The notes below the pieces were generated by a model that was not told the DNA's origin, did no database searches, and saw nothing but the letters and a program-made list of their open reading frames with translations. The position numbers were made by a program, and so were the translations under genes. A DNA stretch of 63,877 nucleotides, filler included, from Octopus bimaculoides (taxonomy: Eukaryota): the NCBI RefSeq assembly GCF_001194135.2. It is 5 parts of 5 records of this genome, joined end to end, with 100 filler letters (N's around TTAATTAATTAA, not from the genome) between each part and the next. Parts side by side here need not be neighbours in the genome. Positions count along the whole stretch, not along the records: positions 22,816 to 35,185 come from NC_068987.1; positions 35,286 to 62,457 come from NC_068994.1; 3 more parts are not named here. One strand, written 5' to 3'. Of the stretch, positions 24,721 to 37,997 are shown piece by piece. Each line of letters begins with the position of its first letter. Position 1 is the first letter of the stretch.

Positions 24721-25007
24721 CAGAAATATATGTATGTGTATACTTGTATGCATGCTTGTATATTGTATACATTATGTGTATGTGTTAAGATAAGGATATT
24801 ATTTTAAAGTAAGATTTAGAATTAAAAAACAATATTTACTGTGACTCTATACCGAGGGTAGAGTCAAATTTATAGCGAAGATCAAGTTTACAGGCACGTC
24901 AAGATTCGCCTGCCCGTCCTTCCGTACGTATGTACGTATGCACGTATGTATGTATGTATGTATGTATGTGTGGGTGTGCATGCATGCATATGTATTCTTT
25001 TACTCTT

Positions 25008-25222
25008 TTACTTGTTTCAGTCATTTGACTGTGGCGATGCTGGAGCACCGCCTTTAGTCGAGCAAATCGACCCCAGGACTTATTTTTTGTAAGCCTAGTA
25101 CTTATTCTATCGGTCTCTTTTGCCGTACCGCTAGATTACGGGGACGTAAACACACCACCATCGGTTGTCAAACATATACGAACATATACATATACATACA
25201 TACATATATACGACGGGCTTCT
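25008..25222 (-). mobile_element. 5'-truncated S1 SINE
   Basis: Tail tactcttttacttgtttcagtcatttgac; joins the Helitron fragment at a CTTCTT microhomology. Confidence 0.9.
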
Positions 25223-26050
25223 TCGTCGTCAATCTGAAAGCTGTGATGCAAGGAAAGAACGACTTTCTAGACAAAGAGAGTCTCGGCAAAATGAAACCTT
25301 TGGTGAGCGTCAAGAAAGACAGGAGCAAGATATATTTCGCCATATATTTGCAAGAAGAAATGAGTCTGAGGAAGAGAGACAACAGCGTGTGATTGCTGAT
25401 TGAAGCAGGCATGAAAATTTAAGACAACGTGAGATTCAAAATGCTAAACGTTCAGCATTACTGTATGACAAAAACGACCCATGTAACAAGGCTGCAAGGG
25501 GAGAAATGACCAACCTTTGTCAGTGTGGCGCTAAGAAATTTACTGGAGAATCATCAAGAATGTGCTGTGGAAATGGAATGGTTACACTGGATCCTTTTCC
25601 ACCTTTGCCTCAGTTATTTCAAAGACTGTTCACTGGAGAAAGTCAATTCAGCAAACACTTTTTGTCAAGACGCAGTGAGTACAAATCTGCCATGACCAAC
25701 TTTGGTCACCAGGATGCATCTGTCCAAGGTTGAAATCCAAGGTCAAATTTTACCATCAACTTCGGGAAAATAAGCGTGCCAAAGGAGAACATGCTCGGCG
25801 TTTTAATGCACCAACAGGGGCTGAGGTTGCAGTTTTAATGTCAAATGAGCCTTCAGAAAACAGAAATATTGTTCCTCATTTAAAACAAGGTGGATAGAGA
25901 ATTTCAGAGTTACATCGATCCTATGATCCTTTGATGTATCCATTGTTTTTTTTTTTCATATGGGACAGACGACTACCACATATATTTACAAGAGAGAAAT
26001 TATCACCAAGGAACAGTGAAATATCACGATTGGAGGATTTCGCGACTCAC
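25218..26050 (+). mobile_element. Helitron RepHel N-terminal coding fragment (decayed)
   Basis: R/E-rich repeats, then CQCGAKKFTGESSRMCCGNGMVTL..P..LF..HFL...Y.S.MTNFG; after a deletion, EHARRFNAPTGAEVAVLM...RISELHRSYDPLMYPLFF. These are standard Helitron motifs. Confidence 0.92.
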
Positions 26051-26799
26051 CAGTTATGCTACTTTATCTCGAGCAACGCAGGGTATGCCTGCTAGTATGT
26101 ATATATATATNNNNNNNNNNNNNNNNNNNNNNNNNNNNNNNNNNNNNNNNNNNNNNNNNNNNNNNNNNNNNNNNNNNNNNNNNNNNNNNNNNNNNNNNNN
26201 NNNNNNNNNNNNNNNNNNNNNNNNNNNNNNNNNNNNNNNNNNNNNNNNNNNNNNNNNNNNNNNNNNNNNNNNNNNNNNNNNNNNNNNNNNNNNNNNNNNN
26301 NNNNNNNNNNNNNNNNNNNNNNNNNNNNNNNNNNNNNNNNNNNNNNNNNNNNNNNNNNNNNNNNNNNNNNNNNNNNNNNNNNNNNNNNNNNNNNNNNNNN
26401 NNNNNNNNNNNNNNNNNNNNNNNNNNNNNNNNNNNNNNNNNNNNNNNNNNNNNNNNNNNNNNNNNNNNNNNNNNNNNNNNNNNNNNNNNNNNNNNNNNNN
26501 NNNNNNNNNNNNNNNNNNNNNNNNNNNNNNNNNNNNNNNNNNNNNNNNNNNNNNNNNNNNNNNNNNNNNNNNNNNNNNNNNNNNNNNNNNNNNNNNNNNN
26601 NNNNNNNNNNNNNNNNNNNNNNNNNNNNNNNNNNNNNNNNNNNNNNNNNNNNNNNNNNNNNNNNNNNNNNNNNNNNNNNNNNNNNNNNNNNNNNNNNNNN
26701 NNNNNNNNNNNNNNNNNNNNNNNNNNNNNNNNNNNNNNNNNNNNNNNNNNNNNNNNNNNNNNNNNNNNNNNNNNNNNNNNNNNNNNNNNNNNNNNNNNN

Positions 26800-27040
26800 G
26801 GCTTAGTGGTTAGAGTGTCAGCACCATGAACATAAGGTTGTAGTTTCGATTCCTGAACCGGGTGACGCGTTATGTTCTTGAGCAAAATACTTAATTTCAC
26901 GTTGCTCCAGTCCACTAAGCTGGCAAAAATGAGTAACGCTGCAATGGACTGGCGTCCTGTCCAGCTGGGAACACATACACCATTGAAACTGGGAAACCGG
27001 GCCCATGAGCCCGGCTAGGCTTTAAAAGGGCGCATTTATT
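26800..27040 (+). mobile_element. SINE family S4 (tRNA-derived head)
   Basis: gcttagtggttagagtg...gtttcgattcctg...gttcttgagcaaaatacttaatttcacgttgctccagtccac; homologous to 42470-42720. Confidence 0.85.
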
Positions 27041-27509
27041 TATTATTTTATATATGTATCTATGCGTACATACATACATACATACATACATACAGAGTGA
27101 GTGAGAGAAAAAGAAAGGTAGAAGAAAGTTGCTGCTGTTTATATTTGACTGGGTATTCCACAGTGGTTAAGTATTCCGTAGTCACACCTAACCCTAACAT
27201 AATGCTGAGATAGAATCAGTTTAACACAGGGTACGACAAAGCTCACCTTTTGACTCACATTTAGAATTCATACGGGAAGCCAACCAAAGTTTCCACAAAT
27301 CCAGATTCATTTAGAAACCTTGAGCCAATTCAAAACATAATGACACACAGTAGGTTTGAACCTGGGACGACATTGTTTACACATGCATAACAGACATACA
27401 AAAACACACACTAAGCATTTTCCAGTAATTGAATAATAAGCTACGCCACTTGAGATTAGCTAGTAACCATATATGTTGTTATCGCATTGATTACATCTTG
27501 CAAAGTAAT

Positions 27510-27576
<67 letters not shown>

Positions 27577-27593
27577 CAGCAGCAGCAGCAGCT

Positions 27594-27630
<37 letters not shown>

Positions 27631-27736
27631 CAGCAGAAGCAGCAGTAGTATTATTTAGTATAAGTAATATTCAACGGAGCGTATTGGCAAAGTATATGTA
27701 AGTATGTATGTATGCGTATATATATATATATATATA

Positions 27737-27794
<58 letters not shown>

Positions 27795-28090
27795 GATAGA
27801 TAGATAGAAAGATAGATATGCATGTATTATATATGTAAATGTATGTGCATGTACATATATTCATGTGTCTGTNNNNNNNNNNNNNNNNNNNNNNNNNNNN
27901 NNNNNNNNNNNNNNNNNNNNNNNNNNNNNNNNNNNNNNNNNNNNNNNNNNNNNNNNNNNNNNNNNNNNNNNNNNNNNNNNNNNNNNNNNNNNNNNNNNNN
28001 NNNNNNNNNNNNNNNNNNNNNNNNNNNNNNNNNNNNNNNNNNNNNNNNNNNNNNNNNNNNNNNNNNNNNGTATATATATATATATATATA

Positions 28091-28150
<60 letters not shown>

Positions 28151-28839
28151 GATAGATAGATAGAAAGATAGATATGCATGTATTATATATGTAAATGTAT
28201 GTGCATGTACATATATTCATGTGTCTGTGTGTGTGCTCACCTCTGTATCTAAAATTGCAAAGAATTTGAATATTCTTCAGATATTGATTCTCACTAAATA
28301 TAGAATAGTTTCAATGCCAGCAGATTTGGAAATCCAACCTAAAACGATTCTAATCCAAGAAGGAATCGATGAGCAAACAATTTTATAAATTGCTAATTAT
28401 TTTAATAACTTTGCACATAGTGGGTGTTGTCCATGATGGAGGCGAGGAGCGGAATTGGCCATTAAAAATAACAATTATGAATGAATTTGGAACCATTAAA
28501 GAATTATAATAATTACTTCAAAACAAGATGGACTTGATGCCGCTAGCAACTGGCTTATGCGTATGTATATACTAGAATGTAAGCTGTCATATGTGATGGG
28601 TAATACGAGGAAATATGGTATGGATACAGTAATTATAATTCGACTTTTATCAAATTTCTTGGCGCTTTCACAAAATGATGAAACAGGTACTAATTCAATG
28701 AGATGGTAGTTGCAATCCTCAAGGAGCGATTAATACTGCATTGTGTTTACGGATATCGAGAAAATATGTTTGAAATGATCGAAATGGGGAAAGATGGATC
28801 TGCAAGATTACTTAGGGGTGATAGATCCGAAGTCAAAAG

Positions 28840-28888
<49 letters not shown>

Positions 28889-29475
28889 NNNNNNNNNNNN
28901 NNNNNNNNNNNNNNNNNNNNNNNNNNNNNNNNNNNNNNNNNNNNNNNNNNNNNNNNNNNNNNNNNNNNNNNNNNNNNNNNNNNNNNNNNNNNNNNNNNNN
29001 NNNNNNNNNNNNNNNNNNNNNNNNNNNNNNNNNNNNNNNNNNNNNNNNNNNNNNNNNNNNNNNNNNNNNNNNNNNNNNNNNNNNNNNNNNNNNNNNNNNN
29101 NNNNNNNNNNNNNNNNNNNNNNNNNNNNNNNNNNNNNNNNNNNNNNNNNNNNNNNNNNNNNNNNNNNNNNNNNNNNNNNNNNNNNNNNNNNNNNNNNNNN
29201 NNNNNNNNNNNNNNNNNNNNNNNNNNNNNNNNNNNNNNNNNNNNNNNNNNNNNNNNNNNNNNNNNNNNNNNNNNNNNNNNNNNNNNNNNNNNNNNNNNNN
29301 NNNNNNNNNNNNNNNNNNNNNNNNNNNNNNNNNNNNNNNNNNNNNNNNNNNNNNNNNNNNNNNNNNNNNNNNNNNNNNNNNNNNNNNAATACAATGCATT
29401 GCCGAGTCTAGAAATCGAAACCTCAGACTTACAATCATGGGTGCCACACACTAAGCACTAGGCCACAAACTTGTG

Positions 29476-29690
29476 TACGAGAAGGTGCTGAAAAGTTCCT
29501 TACTTTTTAGTAAAAGAAAATACAGGAGGACAAGTTTTATTGAACATATTCCCCTATCAGATTCACACACTTATTGCAGCGGTTCTTTAGTTTTTCAAAT
29601 TTCTGTAAGAGAACTTGGAAGGTTAGGCTTCCAAAAGGGCCGTCTCCCGCAATACCCTTAAAGCCAGGAACTTTTCAGGAACTATAGGTA
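29476..29690. mobile_element. Mariner-derived MITE (about 215 bp)
   Basis: Both ends begin TAC and share the inverted core CTGAAAAGTTCCT; TA termini. Confidence 0.65.
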
Positions 29691-31754
29691 TATTATAAAT
29701 ATGTATATATTATGTATATATGTATGTGAATATGTGTATAGATATATATGTTTATGCGTGTGTTGCAAAAGTTCTTAATAAAATATGTCATAATATTTAT
29801 TCGATTTTCATCTACCGTCATTCAAACGGCAGCTTGATAAACGAGCGGTATAAACGCGAAAATTAAGGCATGCGGCACAACCGAATACACACACACACAT
29901 ACACACATACACCCCACATACACATATATATATATGTATGTATGAATATATATGTGTATATGTGTGTATGTAAATGCGTATGCATATGTATATATCATTC
30001 AACCACAGTAGTAGTTGAATATATTCTTAAGTCCACCATTTCGTCCATCGCAGCAGCTTCCAAGTTTCACCACTAATTCGATTCTCAACTAAATTGCAAA
30101 CTGTTAACAGTTTTAAAGAGGACACCTCCTCAGCTACACTTTGGCATAAATAGTTTGAGATTTGGCTCAGTAGAAAAAAAATTACATCAAAATATGTAAC
30201 GTCTAAAGGTGGGCAGTAAGGCACCTATTCATCTTCAATTAACATAATTTTTTTTATTTTGAAATAAAAGTATAGTTTTCTTAGGCTTAAATGATAGAAA
30301 AATGCATGAGGAATTCAGAATTGTTAGTAGCATTGAGCAAAAATTAGGACGTTATGAGGTGAAATGTCATGAAATTTATTGTCAGTAAGTGAGGAAGTAA
30401 GAAGTGACGCACCAAGCAATAATGTTAAGATAAGAATATATGTCTAAAATGAGTTATTGTATTCTAACGCGACTAGTCGGCAAAAAGGGTATCGCGGAGG
30501 GCGCAATACTTAGTGCTATTTCGTCTAACTTTTCTTACTGAGTTCGAATTCCACCGAGGTCGACTTTACTTTTCGTATTTTTAATTAAGTATTTAATAAA
30601 GTTATTTTTAATATACTGTTGAATTAGGGTAAGATTAACTTTTATTATTAATTTTCTCTTTCAGCTGTAATTAACTTACTTTCTGCTTTTTTTTTTTTTT
30701 GCTTTTCCTTTTTGGTTGCTTTCCTTTTCTTTTTAGTTAATTATTTAATCAGGCGAGTTCATTGATGTATTATATGCTTCAGATATGTGCACCTAAATTT
30801 ATTGGGGCAGGAATATAGTCATTTTTGGCAGTGTCTCTGTGGGCAGACCTGAAGGCATATAGTAAGGCTGTGCAGAAAAAGGCATTGGTTAAAAGTGCTT
30901 ATATTCTAAATTTACTTTTTAAATTTCAAAATTAATTAAAAGGGATTTTTCATAAATCAGATATATATTAATGGGATGTAGGTAATTTTAACTTGTATCT
31001 TTCTGATATGCTTTTATAATTACTGCTGTAGTGAATAGTTATTGATAGATCTAGATTAGCAGCAGTCAGTGCTATTATCACCAACTGAAAATTTAGGTTA
31101 CTTAAGGTGAGCCTGGTAACTGATGGTTTTGGGGTCCTGTTGCTTGTAACTTTTGGTGAGCCATAGTGCAACCAGCAAGATGGTAAAATTCCCTGCCATT
31201 AATTTGGTGCGGATGGGTAATATCAAATAATTCAATCACAACATATATCTGAATTAAACATGGAAAAAGTTGAAATATTATCATCACTTACATGGAAAAA
31301 TTGAAATATTATCTTTCAGTATTTTGTAAGTTAAAATCTTAAATTATTAAAAATCTTAGATCTGCCCAAAGACAGCAGAAAAAATCGTGTCTCGGGTACC
31401 CCATAGTGGAATCGATACCATAAACACTTAGTGAGTAGTAAAGCGTACATCTTAACCACACGGCTATAGTTCTATGCAACAAATCTACTTAGTTTACTTA
31501 CGGAGTAAATTAAGAATAGAATAAATCGTGTTTTACATCAATTTACGGAATCTACTTAAAAGAAGGTATTTTTAAAGTAAGCAGCGATGTTTACACGGCA
31601 GGAGTATGAAAACAGGTAAAACAACGAGTTGTTGCTATATTGATCGAATGCCATGCATAGATTTATGGAGATTTACAAGGCATTTACTGATTGTAATCAA
31701 CTTCGGCGAAACAGGAACGGAGAGTGTATATATCTATGTCATGGATATGCACTT

Positions 31755-31790
<36 letters not shown>

Positions 31791-32150
31791 GCACACACAC
31801 ACACACACACACTCACATACACATGCACGCTCACATACATATACGCGCGCGAAAAGAGGTACTATATATGTATATAAACGTATGAATGCACATCAATATG
31901 TTAAAAACATACATACATACATACTATATATGTGTGTGTGTGTGTACATATACACGCCCAAACGCATATATATAGCTATCTTTCTCTCTCTATCTCTCTA
32001 TCTATCTATCTATTTATGTATCTATCTATCAGTCTATCACTCTATCAGTCTATTTACATACATATAAGACATGCATATATCTGATATATACATACATACA
32101 TACATACATACATACGCGTTGTATACGATTATGTATTAAATATATATATA

Positions 32151-32212
<62 letters not shown>

Positions 32213-32404
32213 ATAGTGTAAGCATGCCGAGATGTACATTCCAAAGTAAGCTGTGTTTCGCACAGACAAGAAAGAAAAGAAGTTATGTTGCAGTTGCCAT
32301 GTTCATCAGTGGCGAAGATGCCATACCGTTCAGTATTCAAGCTCAGTTTGAGATACACTCATAGTACATATAAAGTAATTCGATATTCTAATATCTACTC
32401 GATG

Positions 32405-32730
32405 TGTTATTATCATCCACCACAATGGTAAATTTGAAGGAAGCCTTAGAATAATAAAAGACGTACTAACAAAATTAGATCAGCATATTAACGTACTTCT
32501 GTTAGATGACTTCAACCACCCGAGCATCAAATAGCCCAAAGGCAACACGATGTTGATAATCATCTCGCCATGAATAAAACCAGGCAGAAACTATATGATT
32601 TCACTAAATTAATGTCCTTGCAACAAAGATTATCGTACCCAATCTGAATCAATAACATTTTGGACCGCAGCTACACTAACAACATGGAACTCACTTACAA
32701 TGCGAAGATAATGCCAACGATTTAGCACCG
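32405..32730 (+). mobile_element. LINE APE endonuclease fragment (CR1/L2-type)
   Basis: CYYHPP (YRPP), NVLLLDDFNHPSIK* (GDFN.P.I.W), QQRLSYPI*INNILDRSYTNN (Q....PTR..N.LDL..TN). Confidence 0.8.
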
Positions 32731-33239
32731 AAAGGAAACAAATATAATCGCCACTAAAATGACGGAGCCTGATGAGGAGGGAGCCTATCTCCCTTGTCAG
32801 TCATTAGAAAGTGGTCTCACGTGGCTAAGAGTTGTTTGACTCTTATTTCTAGAAATGCTAGAAATCGACTCCAGGGTTTCTTCTTTGTTAAGCCTAGTAC
32901 TTTTTCTCTTTTGCGGAATCACAAAATTTCAGGGACGTAAACATCCCAAGATCGGTTCTCGAGAGATGTTGGGGGACAAACACAGACATAGAGATACACA
33001 CATAAATACATACATATGCATACATACATGCATATATATATATATATATATATATNNNNNNNNNNNNNNNNNNNNNNNNNNNNNNNNNNNNNNNNNNNNN
33101 NNNNNNNNNNNNNNNNNNNNNNNNNNNNNNNNNNNNNNNNNNNNNNNNNNNNNNNATGATAAACAGAGTACAGAAAACACACAGACCACATAGAGAACAT
33201 TTCCTCCATCAGCTGTCACCATTCTAACACTGGCGTTTG

Positions 33240-33465
33240 TGTGTGTATATGTTTGTGTGTCTGTGTTTGTCACCCCAACATCGCTTGACAACCGATGGTG
33301 GTGTGTTTACGTCCCCGTAACTTAGCGGTTCGGTCAAAGACACTGATAGAATAAGTATTAGGCTTACAAAGAATAAGTGCTGGGGTCGATTTGCTCGACT
33401 AAAGGCGCTGATCCAGCATGGCCACAGTCAAATGACCGAAACAAGTAAAAAAAGTAAAAGAGTAA
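33240..33465 (+). mobile_element. SINE family S1 3' part
   Basis: catcgcttgacaaccgatg...gaataagtgctggggtcgatttgctcgactaaaggcg. Confidence 0.9.
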
Positions 33466-34304
33466 TTGTAAACAATGGCGAAAACCACAAAGATCCCAGG
33501 AAACTATCATATAAGCCAGCGTACAAAGCGTACTCACGCATAAGAAGCATCCGTATTTTACCAGTATATTTTGTAGAAAAGTACACATTTAATGTTTCAT
33601 CATAGATTTGATTAAACATATTTAAAAGATGTTTTGTAAAAAACATTATCTATGATTCTAAGCATGTAAATATAATATTATGGAATATACTGGAATAAAG
33701 CATGAAATCATAAATAAATTACGTTATGAGCAAACCGTATTTCAACTTCGTCATCTTTCGGGCCAACCGTATTGTTGTTTAAATTTTGGTCAAGAAAATT
33801 GCCATGTGGGATGTAAAACTCGTAATTTTGGCTACGATGTTTTGTGTTACCACGATCTACCATCAGGGCTGTGCGCCACTGCTATGATTTTGCTGTCATC
33901 CACTCATTGGAAATATCTGACAGGCGGATGAAATAATTTTATTTTTCTAGCTGAATTTTATAAGATAATTAAAAGATAATTAAAAGCATATTTCTTTAAA
34001 GTAACACAGTAATTAAATATTGCAAGTTACATATCAGGTGTGGGTCATGTGTGCTGAGGAAGGAGGTTCAGTGAAATGATATGATCATCCCACATAAATC
34101 CCGACATACCGTGAGCAATTTTTCGGGAGTTTGTGCTAAGTCTGTAATAATTTAGCTTCTTTTCAATATTTTATTATATGTAAAAATCATTGTTAACTGG
34201 CGGATTTAAGCCCACCCGGCGCTAGTCTCCCATCTAACATACAAGCTGCATTAAATGCAGGCTAAGTTTTGGATACTTTTAAAAATTATATATGCACTGA
34301 AGAA

Positions 34305-34380
34305 ATAAACTTAATTAAAGGATCAGCAACAGCTGCTTCACCACAGAAATAACTGTTGCTGATCCCTTAATTATGTTTAT
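34305..34380. other. 76-nt near-perfect hairpin
   Basis: aaacttaattaaaggatcagcaacag pairs with ctgttgctgatcccttaattatgttt (24/26), short loop. Confidence 0.85.
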
Positions 34381-35115
34381 AAATTTATAAGAACTTTTAA
34401 ATAAGTTCTTCACCGATAATGGTGTTTACATACCGAAGGGCTTGGTAAAAATTATTAATTATTAATTTATTAATAAATTAATAATCCTTTACCCTTTTAT
34501 TTGTACACTGAAGAAATATATATACACTGTCAAATACGGTTTATAAAGGAAGAATATTATATCATGGAGGAATTACTAAACTCGAGTAAGATACTCACAC
34601 GCAGACACATACACACACGTACACACACACGCACACACACGCATATATGTTTATAGGTTGTTTGCATGTTGTATGTATGCATCGACAAACGCAGTATGTA
34701 TACATGTATGTGCATATGAATAAATGTATGTATATGTTTGTGTGTGTGTTATGTATGTATGCATGTATGCATGTACGTATGCATGTATGTATATATGTAT
34801 GTATGTATGTCTGTATGCATGTATGTATGTATACATGTATGTATGCAATGTCTCCTGAAAGAGCACAATAAGAAACTCGATGTAACAAGACGGAGTGAGT
34901 CATCTGAGTGAAAGAATGTTTGCATGTGACTGTGTATGTTAGTGTGTGTATATCTCTGTATGGGTGTGTGTGTGTATATGGGTGTGTGTATGTGCGTGTG
35001 TATGTGCGTGTGTATGTGTGTGTAGTATGTGTGTGCCTGTGAATATCAAACTTCGTACTTAAAATGTACTTTATTGAGACAGTTGTGTCATAAAACTGCG
35101 AAGGCCCTCTGTACT

Positions 35116-35152
<37 letters not shown>

Positions 35153-35185
35153 GAGTGAGAGAGAGAGAGAGAGAGAGAGACATAG

Positions 35186-35285
35186 NNNNNNNNNNNNNNN
35201 NNNNNNNNNNNNNNNNNNNNNNNNNNNNNTTAATTAATTAANNNNNNNNNNNNNNNNNNNNNNNNNNNNNNNNNNNNNNNNNNNN
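35186..35285. other. Artificial 100-bp scaffold spacer
   Basis: 44N-TTAATTAATTAA-44N. Confidence 0.95.
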
Positions 35286-35436
35286 ATATATATATATATA
35301 TGAGAGGTATTGGTATCCAGATGACCCAAGGTGGCAGGTAACGCTATGTAAGTGCTATGGAAGGACTGTAGTTAAACTCTTGGTTCGATAATGATATGAG
35401 TGAGGAGTCTAATGTGGGTCTTGTATGAGCATGTAT

Positions 35437-35795
35437 ATGTTAAATAAAATGAGACAACAAAGCCAAGGCTGTGTGGAATTTTGAGGACATTTATAAAGAG
35501 AAAGTTAGTTTTACAGCTGTTTCTGGGATATTTAGGATATCCCTTCATCAGAGACGATGTAAGATGTTTTAATAGAGGGAAATATTAGAGTTCAACAGAA
35601 GGAGTTATTTTGCTTCCTTTTTCAAATGATCTCCTTGTATTGAACTCTAATATTTCCTTATATTTAACCATCTCACAATGTCAATGAAGGGATATTCCTA
35701 ATATCCCAGAAACAGCTGTAAGACTAACTTTCTCTTTATAAATGTCCTGAAAATTCCACACAGACTTGGTTTTGCCGTCTCATTTTATTTAACAT
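35437..35795. mobile_element. Penelope-like pLTR foldback (arms 35437-35595 and 35640-35795)
   Basis: About 160-bp inverted arms with a 44-nt spacer; hammerhead motif in each arm. Confidence 0.88.
35508..35555 (-). ncRNA. Minimal type I hammerhead ribozyme motif
   Basis: GTCT-CTGATGA-A-GGGATAT(cctaa)ATATCCC-A-GAAAC-AGCT-GTA-AAAC: 7-bp stem II, palindromic stem III, GUA site, one mismatch in stem I. Confidence 0.7.
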
Positions 35796-37544
35796 ACACA
35801 CACACACACACACATATTTATATATACATACATATTGTGTGTGTGTATGCATAAATATATATATATATATATATATATACATTTATGCATATACATATAC
35901 ATATATAAAAATACAGTTTATATGTAAAGAAATATATATACTATATGCACACACCTATATTTATATAAATAATCATACGCACACACATCATCATCATCAT
36001 TATCTATGAACCCATAAGTCACAAACAAAAAAATGTGCGCTAATATATTTGTCAATAGTGTGAGTATATTTATCAAAGTATGAAGTATCCATTTTCGATC
36101 CACTTCAACTAATCTTACTATAATATTATTCTGTTGAATATAATGCTTATTTATTCCTATTCTTTTGAATTAACTATTCATTTATCTTGTAGCTTCAAGA
36201 TTTTGAGAACGTGGAAGTTTGTTTATATTGACATTTTAGGGTCTGTGTGAAGGGCCAGATCTGGCTACTTTAAGCATAATGCAGGTAGAATATTTGGGCT
36301 GGATACAGTCAGATTAAAGGCTAGAGGGTTAACCCTGAGATGGCATTTATCTCAGAAATATTTGTATTCTGTGCTTTTTAGCACTTTACACCTACATAAG
36401 ATGCTTTGTAAAAACAAATGTTAAATAGGATATACAGATTACTACTCAATACTAATACTGTTACTGTTGCTAATAACTAAATTTTGCGCAGTCTACCCAG
36501 TTATTTGCAAGACAAATGACTGATTAGTCACTGTCTTTCTATATCAGAAGAGGTGAAGCTTGGCTAACATGCAGTAATAGTGGATACCTGCTGCTGATGC
36601 AGTGCAAACATGCAGAAATCCCATGAACTAGCAGTTCCACAGCTGGTGCTGGATATTTTTTGTTTGTGGTTGATACTTTTGTCCTTTTTAGCACAATACA
36701 TCTACACAAGATGCTTTCTCAAGATAATTGTCATTTTTGTTTGTTTGTATGCAGGGCCAAATTAAGACCGACAGAAGCCCTAAGCACTTGAAAGATATTT
36801 ATTGGTATTGCCATATATATGAAATTCAAAATATAAACAATAATAAACAATAGGATTAATTTTTTTATTTTTCAAAATTAAACAAAATTAACAAAAAGAT
36901 GGAAAATAATAATTAATTTTATATACTTCTACTTTAATTATGCTTGAATAATTTTCTCCTACTTTTTTTAATTGCAACGTCTCTGACCGATACTCACTAT
37001 GAGATCATGAACACTTTGAAATTATATTTCTATTTCTGATCATATAAACTATTTCAAGCATAAGTTTAAAGTGATTTCTTTTGTACCCTAAACCATTTAC
37101 AATTTTTGAAGTGCCCCCATTCCCTTGGTGCCCTATGTATGTGTTTATTTTGCTTAATACTTAATTCAGTGCTGGTTGTATGGATGTAATGTATGGAGAA
37201 TATGCCTAGTACAGATCAGGAATTGAACAGTTCAAACTAGGACCCAACAGACAATTATGTAAAGTGTATGCAATATTTTGACAGTGTATATTTCGATGGT
37301 GAGGGGGTTCTACAGAGAGCCTCCTGGATCTGGATGATGAAACTGAACCAGACTCATGAGATAGATGAGATCTCTGTAGAGAATGTTTACTACTGCCAAA
37401 GAGATCTGCAACCATGGTAGGCATTATCTGAGCTTGTGCCCATGGCTCCATCCTCGCTGTGGCACCCTCCTACATCACTGGGCATTTTGCCTTTCTCTGG
37501 CAAAATAAGGAACAAATGTGTGTCTGTATATGTGAGTGTGTACG

Positions 37545-37620
<76 letters not shown>

Positions 37621-37754
37621 CGTGTGTGTATGCAACTGTGTGTATGTGTGCAATGAGAATGTTTACAAAACAAGCACCATCATACACCAAGCACTCTTTT
37701 CTAATACTGTTACTGACACATGTCAGAAAAATAGCAATACAAAATTAAAAGCAG

Positions 37755-37997
37755 CAAGCTGGCAGAAACGTTAGCATGCTAACTGGTGAAATGCTTAGCG
37801 GTATTTCGTCTGCCGTTATGTTCTGAGTTCAAATTCCCACCGAGGTCGACTTTGCCTTTCATCCTTTCGGGGTCGATAAATTAAGTACCAGTTACGCACT
37901 GGGGTCGATGTAGTCGACTTAATCCCTTTGTCTGTCCTTGTTTGTCCCCTCTATGTTCCCTCTATGTTTAGCCCCTTGTGGGCAATAAAGAAATGAG
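37755..37997 (+). mobile_element. SINE family S2
   Basis: High similarity to 20829-21060. Confidence 0.92.

Noticed and set aside
27690-28225. Near-identical ~160-bp blocks on either side of a gap
   Set aside because: Probably an unmerged contig overlap at a microsatellite.
28240-28840. Short protein-like frames (IIIITSKQDGLDAASNWLM..., WGKMDLQDYLGVIDPKSK)
   Set aside because: No convincing splice pair or family motif; cannot be supported without a search.
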